Shown: one piece after another, positions 39,229-48,932 of the stretch | Layout of the letters: the number at the start of each line of letters is the position of its first letter | How positions within the stretch are numbered: the stretch's first letter is position 1 | Source: Alphaproteobacteria bacterium | Lineage (GTDB): Bacteria; Pseudomonadota; Alphaproteobacteria; SHVV01 | Direction: 5' to 3' | NCBI GenBank assembly: GCA_965261735.1 | Contig: OZ253470.1 | Span: forward strand, 4,250,980 to 4,314,979 | DNA length: 64,000 bases | The notes under the pieces: model-generated | What the model saw: only the letters and a program-made list of their open reading frames with translations | Database searches by the model: none | What the model was told of the DNA's origin: nothing | Translations under genes and position numbers: made by a program

Positions 39229-40338
39229 CTAGTGGATTGATTCCAACGTTTGGAACCCTCTGTTTCGTGCGGCGATGATATGATCGGGGTCGGCTTTCCA
39301 GATGAAGGGTTTTGGGTTTGCGTCATTGTATTCGCGGACAAATCGGTTGATGGCGTCCTGAAGGTCGACGACGGATTGGAAGACGCCGTATTTGAGCCTG
39401 CGCCGCGTTAGTTTGGCGAAGAAGCCCTCGACGGCATTGAGCCACGAGCACGAGGTTGGCGTGAAGTGGAAGGTCCAGCGTGGATGGCGGGCGAGCCAGG
39501 CGCGGACCTTGTCCTTCTTGTGCGCGGCGTAGTTGTCGAGGATGACGTGGACGGCCTTGTCCGTCGGCACCTCGCGCTCGATGCGGTTGAGGAAGCGGAT
39601 GAACTCCTGATGGCGGTGGCGCTGCATGTTCTGTGCGATGACCGTACCGTCCAGCACGTTGAGCGCGGCGAACAGCGTCGTCGTGCCATGCCGTTTGTAA
39701 TCATAGGTCATCGTACCGGCGCGGCCCTTCTTCATCGGCAAGCCGGGTTGGGTGCGGTCGAGCGCCTGGATCTGTGATTTCTCATCAACCGACAGCACCA
39801 CGGCATGGGCCGGCGGATCGACATACAAGCCGACGATATCTGTGAGCTTCTCGGCGAAGGCGGGATCATTGGAGAGCTTGAAGTGCCGCCAGCGGTGCGG
39901 GCTGAGGCCATGGGCCTTCCAGATCGCTTGGACCGTCGACGCCGCGACGCCAGCAACCTTCGCCATCGCGCGCAGCGTCCAGTGGGTCGCCTCGTGCGGC
40001 GGCGCTTGCTGGGTCAGGCGGACGATCTCGGCGACGCGCTCCGGCGGGATCGGCGCTTTGCCAGGCGGACGGGACCTGTCGCGAAGCAAGCCGTTGACAC
40101 CCTCGTGCATGAACCGCTCCTGCCAGCGCCAGACACAGGTCTTGGACTTGCCGGTCTCGGCCATGATCGACGAGTTCCCGAGCCCCTCGTCGCTCTTCAG
40201 GATGATCCGCGCCCGCCAGACATGTTTCTGCGAGCTCTTCGGGTCCGCGACGATAGCTTGCAATCGCTGACGGTCGCCAGACGTGACAGTAAAATGGATG
40301 CCGGTGCGCATAGCACAGACTCGCATGACACCGCACAA
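39229..40338 (-). CDS. IS630-family transposase
   Basis: 369 aa with N-terminal HTH domains and a C-terminal DDE (DD34E-like) catalytic domain. Confidence 0.85.
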   Translation of the reverse strand: MCGVMRVCAMRTGIHFTVTSGDRQRLQAIVADPKSSQKHVWRARIILKSDEGLGNSSIMAETGKSKTCVWRWQERFMHEGVNGLLRDRSRPPGKAPIPPERVAEIVRLTQQAPPHEATHWTLRAMAKVAGVAASTVQAIWKAHGLSPHRWRHFKLSNDPAFAEKLTDIVGLYVDPPAHAVVLSVDEKSQIQALDRTQPGLPMKKGRAGTMTYDYKRHGTTTLFAALNVLDGTVIAQNMQRHRHQEFIRFLNRIEREVPTDKAVHVILDNYAAHKKDKVRAWLARHPRWTFHFTPTSCSWLNAVEGFFAKLTRRRLKYGVFQSVVDLQDAINRFVREYNDANPKPFIWKADPDHIIAARNRGFQTLESIH

Positions 40339-40382
40339 TACGGAATCTCAAATCGGACTCTTTCGTTCCGATCAATCCACTA
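39230..40382 (-). mobile_element. IS630-family element, complete, flanked by TA
   Basis: Terminal IRs TAGTGGATTGAT... at both ends with TA at each junction, as expected for IS630/Tc1-mariner-type elements. Confidence 0.7.
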
Positions 40383-40413
40383 GGATCGATCGCGGGACCG
40401 CTCCAGCGCCCCC

Positions 40414-40975
40414 CTATCGCGCCTCGGAGGCCGTGCGCTCGGTATCGGCGCGGGGCGGCCAGATGAGCGGGAACTGGTCGTGATCGGGGGGAAAGGGATC
40501 GCCGGGCTTGAGGCCGGGGTCGCGCAGCGGTTTCGGCCGCCCCGGGCCGCGCTCGGCGTAGGTCGCGTCGTCGCCCGCGAAACGATAGATGATGGCGCGC
40601 CGCCGCCGGTCGCTTTGGTTGCCGGGCGCCGAGTGAATCGTGAGCAGATGGTTGACGATGCAATCGCCCGGCTCGGTGTCGAAGCCGACGATCCGGTACT
40701 GGTCGCGGGCCGCATCGAAGTCGGGCATCGGGTCGAAACCGTCGCTCAGCTCGTAGGCGTCGGAGCCATCGAAGGGCGCCGCCTCGAACCAGCGTCCCCA
40801 TTTGTGCGAGCCCGTGACCCACTCTACGGCGCCGCTCTCCGCGGTGGCGGTGTCGAGCGAGAGCCACATACCGCAGGCCTGGGAGCCGTCGTACCAGTTG
40901 TAGGGTTGGTCGTGGTGCCACGGCGTCAGCGAGGGCGTGTGCGGCTCTTTGACCAGGATCAGGTCCGCCATCAGG
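40414..40975 (-). pseudogene. Phytanoyl-CoA dioxygenase (PhyH)-family protein, C-terminal roughly two thirds only
   Basis: ...LILVKEPHTPSLTPWHHDQPYNWYDGSQACGMWLSLD...IHSAPGN... has the PhyH 2-His-1-carboxylate region. The N-terminal ~100 aa is replaced by unrelated sequence (the 40414..41190 ORF's N-terminus is read-through). Confidence 0.5.
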
Positions 40976-41089
40976 TTGATGCGCGCCGAGCGCATACAGG
41001 CGGCGGCGATGGCGCCGCTCGGTGACTCGAGGGCGAGCGCCCGGAGCCGGGGACCACGAAGCTCGCTCTTCTCGTCGCCCATCTCAGTG

Positions 41090-41253
41090 CCCCGGGCGGC
41101 GCGACCATCGCCGAACTCTGTAAGGCAACGGGCTGGCAGCCCCATTCGGTTCGAGGCGGGCTCGCCGGTGCGCTGCGACGCAAGGGCCACGTCATCCGGT
41201 CCGAGAAAGAAGGGGGCCAGCGGCGCTACCGCATCGAGGAACCGGTGACATGA
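41090..41253 (+). pseudogene. DUF3489-family gene, C-terminal fragment
   Basis: ...GATIAELCKATGWQPHSVRGGLAGALRRKGHVIRSEKEGGQRRYRIEEPVT* is the conserved DUF3489 C-terminal module; no N-terminus. Its stop overlaps the DUF2924 start (ATGA). Confidence 0.4.
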
Positions 41254-41663
41254 CCGGCGAGGCGCCGCTTGCGGACGAGATCGAGGCGCTCACGCCCCTT
41301 GGTCTCGAAGGGCTTCGAGAGGTTTGGCGCAACCGCTACGGTGTCCCGCCGAAGCTGCGCTCGGCTGCGCTGTTGCGTCATTGTCTGGCCTGGCGGCTGC
41401 AGGCAGAGGCTCTCGGCGGTCTCGATCGTGACACACGGCGCAAGCTCAAGCGCCGCCAGCGGGTCCAGGCAGAAGGTCTTGAGCTCGGGATCGGGACCAC
41501 GCTGCAGCGCGAATGGCAAGGGCAGATAGTCCAGGTCACGGTCGAAGAAGAGGGGTTTCGCCACGGGGGTCAACTCTTCAAGAGCCTCTCCGCGGCCGCG
41601 ACCGCGATCGCGGGCACGCGTTGGAATGGCCCGCGCTTCTTCGGCCTCCGATCCGCCAAATGA
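41250..41663 (+). CDS. DUF2924-domain protein
   Basis: 137 aa (LEGLREVWRNRYGVPPKLRSAALLRHCLAWRLQAEALGGLD...). This family typically sits just upstream of large serine recombinases in alphaproteobacterial integrative elements. Its stop overlaps the recombinase ATG. Confidence 0.6.
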   Translation: MTGEAPLADEIEALTPLGLEGLREVWRNRYGVPPKLRSAALLRHCLAWRLQAEALGGLDRDTRRKLKRRQRVQAEGLELGIGTTLQREWQGQIVQVTVEEEGFRHGGQLFKSLSAAATAIAGTRWNGPRFFGLRSAK

Positions 41664-42358
41664 GCCAACCCCGTCTCCACTGTGCCCTCTATACGAGGAA
41701 GAGTAGCGAGGAAGGCCTCGAGCAGGCGTTCAACTCCCTCGATGCGCAGCGCGAAGCCTGCGCGGCGTATGTGAAGAGCCAGGCCGGCGAAGGTTGGAGA
41801 GCAGTTCGGGCCCGCTACGACGATGGCGGCTTCTCCGGCGCGTCCATGGAGCGCCCGGCGCTCAAGCGGCTTCTCTGCGACATCGTTGTTGTCCGCGCCG
41901 AGCTCCACGATCAGTCGCTGCACTGCTTGCTGCCGATCGACCGGATCGTCGCGATGCGCCAGCGCCTCGAGCCGCACGAACGCCTCGAGCCGGATCCGGC
42001 CGATGCGCGTCTCGCCAGACTGCATCTGCCCCTTGTCCGGCGTCGTGGCGAGACCTGGGTTCTCAAGGGCCCAAGTGCGGGACACATGCCGGACCCTGTT
42101 CTGGTCAAGGCGCTCCGCTCCGCACACGCCATGCTGCACCACGATGATGGCGGATTGCCCGTGCTCGTCACAGCGCCGGATACGCCCTATCGCCGCCAGC
42201 TCGTTCGCCTGGCCTTTCTGGCGCCGGAGATCCAAAGAGCGATTGTTGAAGGTCGCCAATCCGCAGGCCTGACACTGGCACAGCTCCTCAAGGGCCCGAT
42301 GCCGCTCGACTGGCCGCAACAGGCCGTCCGAATCGGCATTGCGGCATCGCTGGAATAG
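41660..42358 (+). pseudogene. Large serine recombinase, internally deleted or degenerate (232 aa versus the usual ~550 aa)
   Basis: It retains the resolvase catalytic N-terminus (CALYTRKSSEEGLEQAFNSLDAQREACAAYV...YDDGGFSGASMERPALKRLLCDI) and the conserved C-terminal tail (...RLAFLAPEIQRAIVEGRQSAGLTLAQLLKGPMPLDWPQQ). The recombinase/zinc-ribbon middle is missing. Confidence 0.55.
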
Positions 42359-42458
42359 GGACCAGCACCCACATCCCGCTCACTCGACTACGGCAAGACG
42401 GGCCGGATTATTTCCTGTTCCCTTCATTTGCTTCCCTGATATCGACTGCCCTTCCCCC

Positions 42459-42625
42459 TGTTTTGCAGAAAAGACCCCCTGTTTTGCAGAAAAGAACCCC
42501 TGTTCTGCAGAAAAGAACCTCTGTTCTGCAGAAAAGAACCCCTGTTCTGCAGAAAAGAACCCCTGTTCTGCAGAAAAGAACCCCTGTTCTGCAGAAAAGA
42601 CCCCCTGTTCTGCAGAAAAACAGGA
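42459..42625. repeat. Tandem array, ~8 x 21-bp unit TGTTCTGCAGAAAAGAACCCC; each unit contains the 10-bp perfect palindrome TTCTGCAGAA
   Basis: Head-to-tail units at 42459, 42480, 42501, 42522, 42543, 42564, 42585 and a partial eighth at 42606. Unit variants are TTTTGCAG versus TTCTGCAG and GACCCC versus GAACCC. There are no intervening spacers. All six reading frames are open through it. Confidence 0.85.
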
Positions 42626-42639
42626 AAGTTCAGAAGTCA

Positions 42640-43130
42640 TTGATAAAAAAAGATAATTTCTTCATTTTGGTCGGCAGTTCGCTACAATCTCCCTGTTTTG
42701 AGGCCGTAATCGCAAAGATTCCCTGTTGCCACCAAACTCACCCTTGCATCGCGCTCGCGGAGACCGCACGCCGCGAAGCCCGGCAATGGCCGGAAATGCT
42801 CCCGGGTTCAGGAGCTCAGAATTCCGTTTGACCGCGAAACGGGCCCTGTTTCCCGCGGCTTGGCCGAGCTATGCGATGAAGAGACTGCTTCGCCGGGGTG
42901 GCTGGCTGTGCAGGCAGTCTCCCGCGAACTCGTCTCTGAGGCCAATTCCCTGTTTAACAGGGAAAATACAGGGAAATTTTCTCTTTTGCAGGGATTCAGA
43001 AGCTTTCCTGTGTTCAAAACATGGCAGAAACGCTAGTGTTTTCGGTCCAATTCCCTAAACCATGTAACAGGGAATTTATTTGAACGAACAGGGATTTTGT
43101 TCGGGAGAACAGGGAATTCTACTGGTCCAC
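42640..43130. promoter_or_regulatory. AT-richer non-coding region seeded with AACAGGGA(A/T) motifs in both orientations; putative iteron/centromere/recombination site
   Basis: Motifs at about 42691 (rc), 42721 (rc), 42838 (rc), the palindrome TTCCCTGTTTAACAGGGAA at 42949, ACAGGGAAA at 42972, and three direct repeats AACAGGGAWTT at 43067, 43088 and 43109, exactly 21 bp apart. The repeat units at 42459-42625 each carry the same core (CCCCTGTT is the reverse complement of AACAGGGG). Confidence 0.55.
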
Positions 43131-43139
43131 GGCGGCAGC

Positions 43140-43862
43140 CGAAACATGATCGCGCCCGGCGCCGGCGCCGGGTCGATGTGGTTCATGAGTTGGCGGGAGC
43201 CTGAGGCCGCTTGGTTGTTGCACGGCATCTTCGACGTGCAGCCCTGTTCGAAGGACTTCGAGGCGAAGTTCGCCGACGTGGCGACCGCGTACGGGTCGCC
43301 GCTCCCACCACGGGCCCGGCAGGAGATCCTGCGGATTGCGGAACGGCTGGCACTCGTGGAAGAGCAGATCGCCCGGGTCGAGGCCGAACGTAATGCGTTC
43401 GTGCTGTCTGGAGAGGCAACCTCGATGGTGGATGCGCCCGAGGGAAGCCAAGCGCGGGCGGCGGCGAAGATCGCGGCGTTGACCCGGCTGAAGGCGATCG
43501 GTCCGAACGACGCAACCATCCTGACGCACGAGGTCTTCTACCGCGGGTTCCGCAATCGTCGCGAACTCGCGAGCTGGGTCGGTGTGACGCCAGCCCCTTG
43601 GGCGAGCGGAGACACGTACCGCGACCAGGGGATCAGCCGCGACGGTCCGGCATGGATCCGGGCACAGCTCATCCAAATGGCGTGGCGTTGGCTGCGCTAT
43701 CAGCCTGATAGCGCGCTCAGCAAGTGGTTCAACGAGCGCACTGCGGGGTCCCGCGGGCGGATCCGCCGGGTGATGATCGTGGCGCTCGCCCGCAAGCTGC
43801 TCATCGCGCTCTGGCGGTTCTCCGAGACCGGTCTCGTGCCGACTAGCGCCACGCTCGTCTGA
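43140..43862 (+). mobile_element. IS110-family transposase gene lacking the N-terminal DEDD domain (fragment)
   Basis: The C-terminal half ...ILTHEVFYRGFRNRRELASWVGVTPAPWASGDTYRDQGISRDGPAWIRAQLIQMAWRW...MIVALARKLLIALWRF matches the IS110 Transposase_20 region. There is no catalytic N-terminus. Confidence 0.55.
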
Positions 43863-44180
43863 TCGCGAGACCGCGCTGTTCCAGACCGGTCGGACGCGGC
43901 CGGGGCTGGGCCGGGTGGCGAGTGGCCGAAGCTCTTCCAGGCTGAAACACGCTGACCGAGAGATGGTCCCCGCCTCCGGAACGCTGCACCCGCAGCAAGC
44001 GGGATCGAGGGACGGTTCCGGCGGACCGTCGCCGAAAAACCTCCCGGATGAGAGTTGGGTATGTGCACAAGCGCGACCGATGCGAAAAGCGTTCCGACCT
44101 GGCTACAAGGCAATCAACCATCAATCCGATCAACCCAGAAAGCGAGTTCGCCATGCAGTAAACCCAACCAACTTCTCCGC

Positions 44181-44215
44181 TTGACTGCGTCTGCCCTCAT
44201 AAGAGCGAGAGTTTG
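44181..44215 (+). promoter_or_regulatory. Possible sigma-70-like promoter (TTGACT, 17-19 bp, TAAGAG) upstream of the ParB-like gene
   Basis: CTTGACTGCGTCTGCCCTCATAAGAGCG lies about 80 bp upstream of the ATG at 44294. Sequence-only guess. Confidence 0.25.
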
Positions 44216-44293
44216 AGCCAAAGGCGGGCGAGGGCGGATGCCGAAGAGGGTGCCCCCGCCCGGTTCCGCATTCACGCAATCCCGGAGACTGAA

Positions 44294-45340
44294 ATGCACG
44301 ACCCCGAACGCGATATCTCTGACATCCCGCTGTCCCAACTCGAACTCTCGCCCGACAATGTGCGCAAGACGCCGGCGGATGATTCGGCCTTCACCGAGCT
44401 CAAGGCCTCGATCGCCGCCCACGGGCTGCTCGAGAACCTGATTGCCCGTTCCATGGGACCCGGCGCGGATGGCCCCGGGCGCTACGCGGTGATCGCCGGC
44501 GGACGGCGGCTTGCCGCGATGCAGGCGCTGGCCGCCGAGGGCACGCTGGACGAGGACCACCCCGTGCCCTGCCGCATGATCGGAAGCATCGTGGCGGCCG
44601 AAGAGGTTTCGCTGGCCGAGAACAGTGTCCGCGCCGCAATGCACACGGCCGATCAGGTCGAAGCCTTCCGCCGCCTGGCCGATGCGGGTAGCACGGCGGG
44701 CGCCATCGCGGCGCGCTTCGGGGTCTCGGAGCGCACCGTGGAGAAGCGGCTGCGGCTCGGCAACGCCGCACCGGTACTGCTCGAGGCCTACCGCGCGGGC
44801 GACATCGATCTGGAAACATTGATGGCCTTTGCCGTCACCACGGATCAGGCTCGCCAAAGCACGGTCTGGGCGGCGGTGAGCCAGCAGGGCTACCGGCCCG
44901 GCGCCTGGCAGATCAAGCGCCTGCTGACCGAGGACCGGGTTCCGGCTACGTCCGCCATCGCGCGTTTCGTCGGCATCGAGGCTTACGAGGCGGCGGGCGG
45001 CCAGATCGACCGCGACCTGTTCGCCGAGGAGGACGAGCGGGGGATCTGGTTCGACGATCCCGATCTGTTGAACAAGCTCGCCATGGACAACCTACAGGCC
45101 GTGGCGAGGGAACTGGAGACGCGCGGGAAATGGGCCGAGGCGCGGCTCGACGTGGACTGGAACGCTACCGCGAGCTTTGGGCGGGTCGGCCGAGCCGACG
45201 GACGAGGAGAAGGCCGAGATCGAACGCTTGAGGACCCGCAACGACGAACTCGCCAATATGGAGGACGACGGCTGGACCGAAGAATTGGTCGAGGAAGCCG
45301 ATGCCAACGAGACGCGCCTGGACGAGATCGAGGTTCATCG
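44294..45340 (+). pseudogene. ParB-like nuclease-domain protein (ICE/plasmid-type), disrupted by two frameshifts
   Basis: N-terminal ParB/Srx domain (LSQLELSPDNVRKTP...AHGLLENLIARS...YAVIAGGRRLAAMQAL), then EAYRAGDIDLETLMAF... The frame then shifts at about 45180 to the coiled-coil segment EPTDEEKAEIERLRTRNDELANMEDDGWTEELVEEADANETRLDEIE, and again at about 45340. Confidence 0.6.
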
Positions 45341-45777
45341 ACAGCGATCTCTATCTGCCCTCGATGCACTCGCAGGGCATCGATGCCATCGCCATCATCA
45401 TCGATACCTCCGCCTCGCTGCCGGGCGAAACGCTGGCCCTGTTCTGGGCCGAGGTCCGCGAGATCGCCGCCGAACTGCAACCGAACAGCATCTATGTCCT
45501 TCAGGTCGACGCGGTGCTGCAGGACGCGGCCCAATATCCCGCCGGGGAACTACCGGACAGCATCACGATCAAGGGACGCGGCGGGACCGATTTCCGGCCA
45601 GGCTTCGCATGGCTCCATGAGCATGGGGTGCATCCAAGCTGCTGCCTCTACCTGACCGACATGGAATGTGACAGCTACCCCGAGGCCGCGCCCCCATATC
45701 CTGTGGCTTGGGTCGTTTGGGGCGGCGATCGATACCGCCAGCCCTGGGGCGAGCGCATCGACATCGGACCAGCCTGA
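45340..45777 (+). pseudogene. VWA-like (DUF2201-type) domain fragment fused downstream of the ParB-like gene
   Basis: IIIDTSASLPGE has the MIDAS DxSxS motif; ...GRGGTDFRPGF...LYLTDMECD follows. This is only the C-terminal VWA module of the usual metallopeptidase-VWA protein. Confidence 0.5.
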
Positions 45778-45988
45778 TACCGCGGGCCGCGCCCGCATAA
45801 TCCTTCATATCCGTGCCTCCGCCCGCAAGGAGGCGGGTTGCGCTGAGGCCGGGTGAACCGGGGCCGGGAGAGCGATGACACCGGCTTAACCGGCGGCGAA
45901 CGCGCCCGCGCGTCCGCCCGTCGTCCAGCCCAATCCCACATTCCCAGCGAATGCCGATGCCTCAGGCATCCGCTCCAAGCCGGCCGCG

Positions 45989-46395
45989 TTGCTGGCTGCC
46001 GCAATCGCTCTGCTTCTCGAGCTTGAGGCAGGCCGAGCGCTTGATGCAAAGACCCTGCGCGAAGCCATGAGCGCGGCCTTCGGCGCCAGCGACGGCCAAG
46101 GCGCCTGGGTCTGGAAGGACGCCTACGAAGCGGTCGAAGCCGCAATGGTGCTGTTCATCCAGCGTTACGGCCGCCTCATGCGCCGCGAGGCGGGCGCCGG
46201 ACAGGGATCCGCCGCCGCCATGCTCGCCATGCTGGAAACCCTCGCGGCCCTGGAGCCATCCCAGACGAGGCGGTCGGAAGAACAGCTTGCCCTACAGCAG
46301 TTCTCCACCCCCTTGCCGCTCGCCTACGCCGCGCTGCAAGCCGCCGCCATCCGACCCGGCGACATCGTGCTGGAGCCCTCGGCCGGCACCGGCGG
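45989..46395 (+). pseudogene. N-terminal fragment of the large ICE-type SAM-dependent DNA methyltransferase/helicase
   Basis: LALQQFSTPLPLAYAALQAAAIRPGDIVLEPSAGTGG carries the FSTP and EPSAGTG methyltransferase motifs. The sequence diverges to junk right after SAGTGG and stops at 46456. The conserved large protein of alphaproteobacterial ICEs is about 1400 aa. Confidence 0.5.
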
Positions 46396-46559
46396 TCACG
46401 AAGCGCCGGTCAGTCGCGGCTATCTTCCAGCCGTCCGTCAGGCCGGACTGATGTAAACGGCCTCTGTGACCTGGTGGGAGGGTCCGACAGGCGCTCTATA
46501 TTGCAAGAGAACCTTAGTGACAGTGCGGCGTCTCTTTTCCGTTGGTGTCTCGGCGTCTC

Positions 46560-47461
46560 GATTGGCGCGTCTTTACAACTCGTATGGACCAAGACTGACC
46601 GGCTTCACTCCTTGCGCGGCAGAAACAACATCGGCACGAAATAGGCGGTAAACAGCGTGAAGGCGACAAACCAACTGCCGGCGGTTGCCCAGAGCAGACT
46701 TAGAGCGGGCACGACCTCGAAGGCTGCGCGTGTGCAGACCGCCAGCGTAGCGAAACCGTATATCGCGACAACCCATGGTCCAGCGTGGAGGTCGCGCCCG
46801 GTATGGCCGAGAACCGCGCGGGTCATGACGGCCAGGGTCATCGTCCCGATCGCGCCGAGTGTAAGTACATGCAGCGCCAACGGCTCCATCACCCAGTCTA
46901 CGAGCATCGAGGCCCCGAGAAGGCCGAGGCCCAATGCAAGCCAGAAGTAGCCGGCATGCAACACAGTCACAAGCGGCTCGGCTGCCGTCCTCCAGCCCCG
47001 CCATCGTGCCAGCCGGACGAGGTTCAATGCCCCTGCTAACGTTAGGAGAATGCCGGAAAGCGGGATAGGCGCCGATCCCACCCAGGCCGCGAGCGCAACC
47101 GCTGTCACGGCGAGCGTCGTTTGGTCGAACCGGCCCATCGGCGCTGTGATATTCGGGCCCGCTCGCCGCTCGAACCAGTTGTGCGTGAAGCTCGGAACGA
47201 TGCGCCCGCCGATCAACGTTATTAACAGCGACATGACGGCGATGGAGAGCCGAACACCCGCCTCTCCCACATGAGCCACGCCCGCCGCGGAGAGATGGAA
47301 CAGCACGTTGGCGGTCAACATCAGTATAAGCCCGGCGAGGACCGGCAGATTGCGCCAGTTGCGGCCCGCAACGATCGCGTTACCGACAAGAACCGAGAGA
47401 ACTCCCAGATAGGCAAGATCGGCGACCGCCGTTGGCATTGGTCCAGACTGCGCCTCCCCAC
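46560..47461. repeat. 902-bp segmental duplication of 30485-31386, covering the 3' 286 codons of nnrS plus its downstream flank
   Basis: Identical at every position I compared by eye. The duplication boundary (GATTGGCGCG...) coincides exactly with the outer end of IS903-like copy 1 at 30485. The distal end is cut by IS903-like copy 2 at 47462. Confidence 0.8.
46605..47461 (-). pseudogene. nnrS: nnrS second copy, 5'-truncated by an IS903-like insertion
   Basis: ORF 46605..47546 is identical to nnrS residues ~114-399. Its N-terminus is fused to IS-derived sequence. Confidence 0.75.
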
Positions 47462-48518
47462 GGCTTTGGTGCATGGAGCCGCGATGGTGTGATTGCCCAT
47501 TCCCCGGTTGGTTAGCGGATCCTGATTGTGTTTGGTTTCGCCGCACGGATAGAGCGATTGAGTGCGTCGATCTGCATGGCGATTTCGGTTTGTTGGTATT
47601 GGAATGTGCGAGCGTTGAGCTTGCCGCCGTTGAGCCTCTTGACGCGCTCTCTCAATCCGTAGCCCTGTCGTTTCTGCCAGTTCATTCTTCCCTTCGACGC
47701 GATCTCCGCCGCATGGTGCTCCCGTTCCGATCCGCCATGAGGCGTGTCCGGGGGAGGAATGGATGTGGCGCGTGGCGGGATGATGATTTCAGGTGGTGAA
47801 TTCGGTGGCCGAGCTTCTCGGATCGCTTTTGTCACGGGCTCCCCGTCATAGGCGCCGTCGGCAAACACGCGCCGGATCATCCCACCGGAACCGGCGACCA
47901 GCGGTCCCGCCATCGTCGCATCGGCCGTGTCGTCACCGGTCAGTTCATGCGTCCGGATCTCGCTGCTGGCCGGGTCAACCGAGATATGCAGCTTGCGCCA
48001 CGAGCGCCGCGTTTCACCGTGCTTGGCGCGAGCCCACTCGCCAGCGCCAAAGAATTTCAGGCCCGTGGAATCCAGCACGATATCCGTAGACCGCTTGTTC
48101 GTGCTGGTTTCCACAACGACATCCACCGTTCGCCGCCGCCGCGACAGCGTGGTGTGATCCGGCACCGGCAGATCGCACCCCATCAAGTCCACGAGGGAAC
48201 GCACAAAGCCTTCCGTCTGGCGCAGCGGCAATCTGAAGACCACCCCCAGCATCAGTGTCGTGGAAATCGCCAACTCTGAAAACCGCCGCTGGCCACCAGG
48301 AGTTCGCCGCTTGGCTGCGTCCATTGCTCCAGGGCGCTCTCATCAATCCAGAAACGAATGTCGCCGCGCCGAACCAAACCACGGTCATAATCCGGCCAGT
48401 TCATGACCCGGTACTTGGCTCTGGGGATATGGTGGCGACGCGATGCGTGGAACTTGAAAGGCATGACAAACTCTCAAAGACGGAAGCGGAGCCAGGTATA
48501 CTAATCCTTAGGTCCATG
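47462..48518 (-). mobile_element. IS903-group element copy 2, degenerate (1057 bp; transposase frameshifted, 24-bp deletion)
   Basis: Both IRs are present. The transposase is split into 48252..48464 (N-terminal 55 aa, then frameshift) and 47512..48324, and lacks ALGETAMA relative to the other copies. Confidence 0.7.
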
Positions 48519-48932
48519 CACCAAAGCCCATCCACTTCGCTTCGGCCTGTCCGGATGCCGCCCTGTTCCGCCTGCTGGCCGGGCGCCTCGCCGCCGCGGG
48601 CCCCTGATCGCCGGGGCGCCGTGCCCCGCCAACCCGAGCCCATTCAACCCCAAACCCCGACACCGCCAACCTCAAACCCCGGCACCGCAAGGCGCCGAAC
48701 ACAAACCTTCGCGCGCTCAAAATCAACCGATAAACTCTGCCTCCGATGAATAAGTCAGGCTAGCTGCCGAGCAGGGACTTGCCGACGCCCAGACTTGGCT
48801 CGGCCTCATGTACGCCAAACGGTTGTTAGGCCTTGCGGAATAAGCCTGTATTCAGCGGTTTATGGCACTACACAGGAACTCTCGACGGAGATCAGAACTC
48901 AAACATATTTGGATGTTATCTGGAGGGGCACT

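Noticed and set aside
42459-42625. CRISPR array
   Set aside because: Repeats are directly adjacent with no unique spacers; the unit length is 21 bp and no cas genes are present.
42339-42831. ORFs in all six frames across the 21-bp array (e.g. 42463..42831 encoding PVLQKRT heptad repeats; 42380..42640 on the minus strand encoding FSAEQGF repeats)
   Set aside because: The unit has no stop codon in any frame, so open frames are automatic. The ORFs have no RBS and no defined start and extend into AT-rich non-coding DNA. Palindromic 21-bp phasing points to a DNA-level function.
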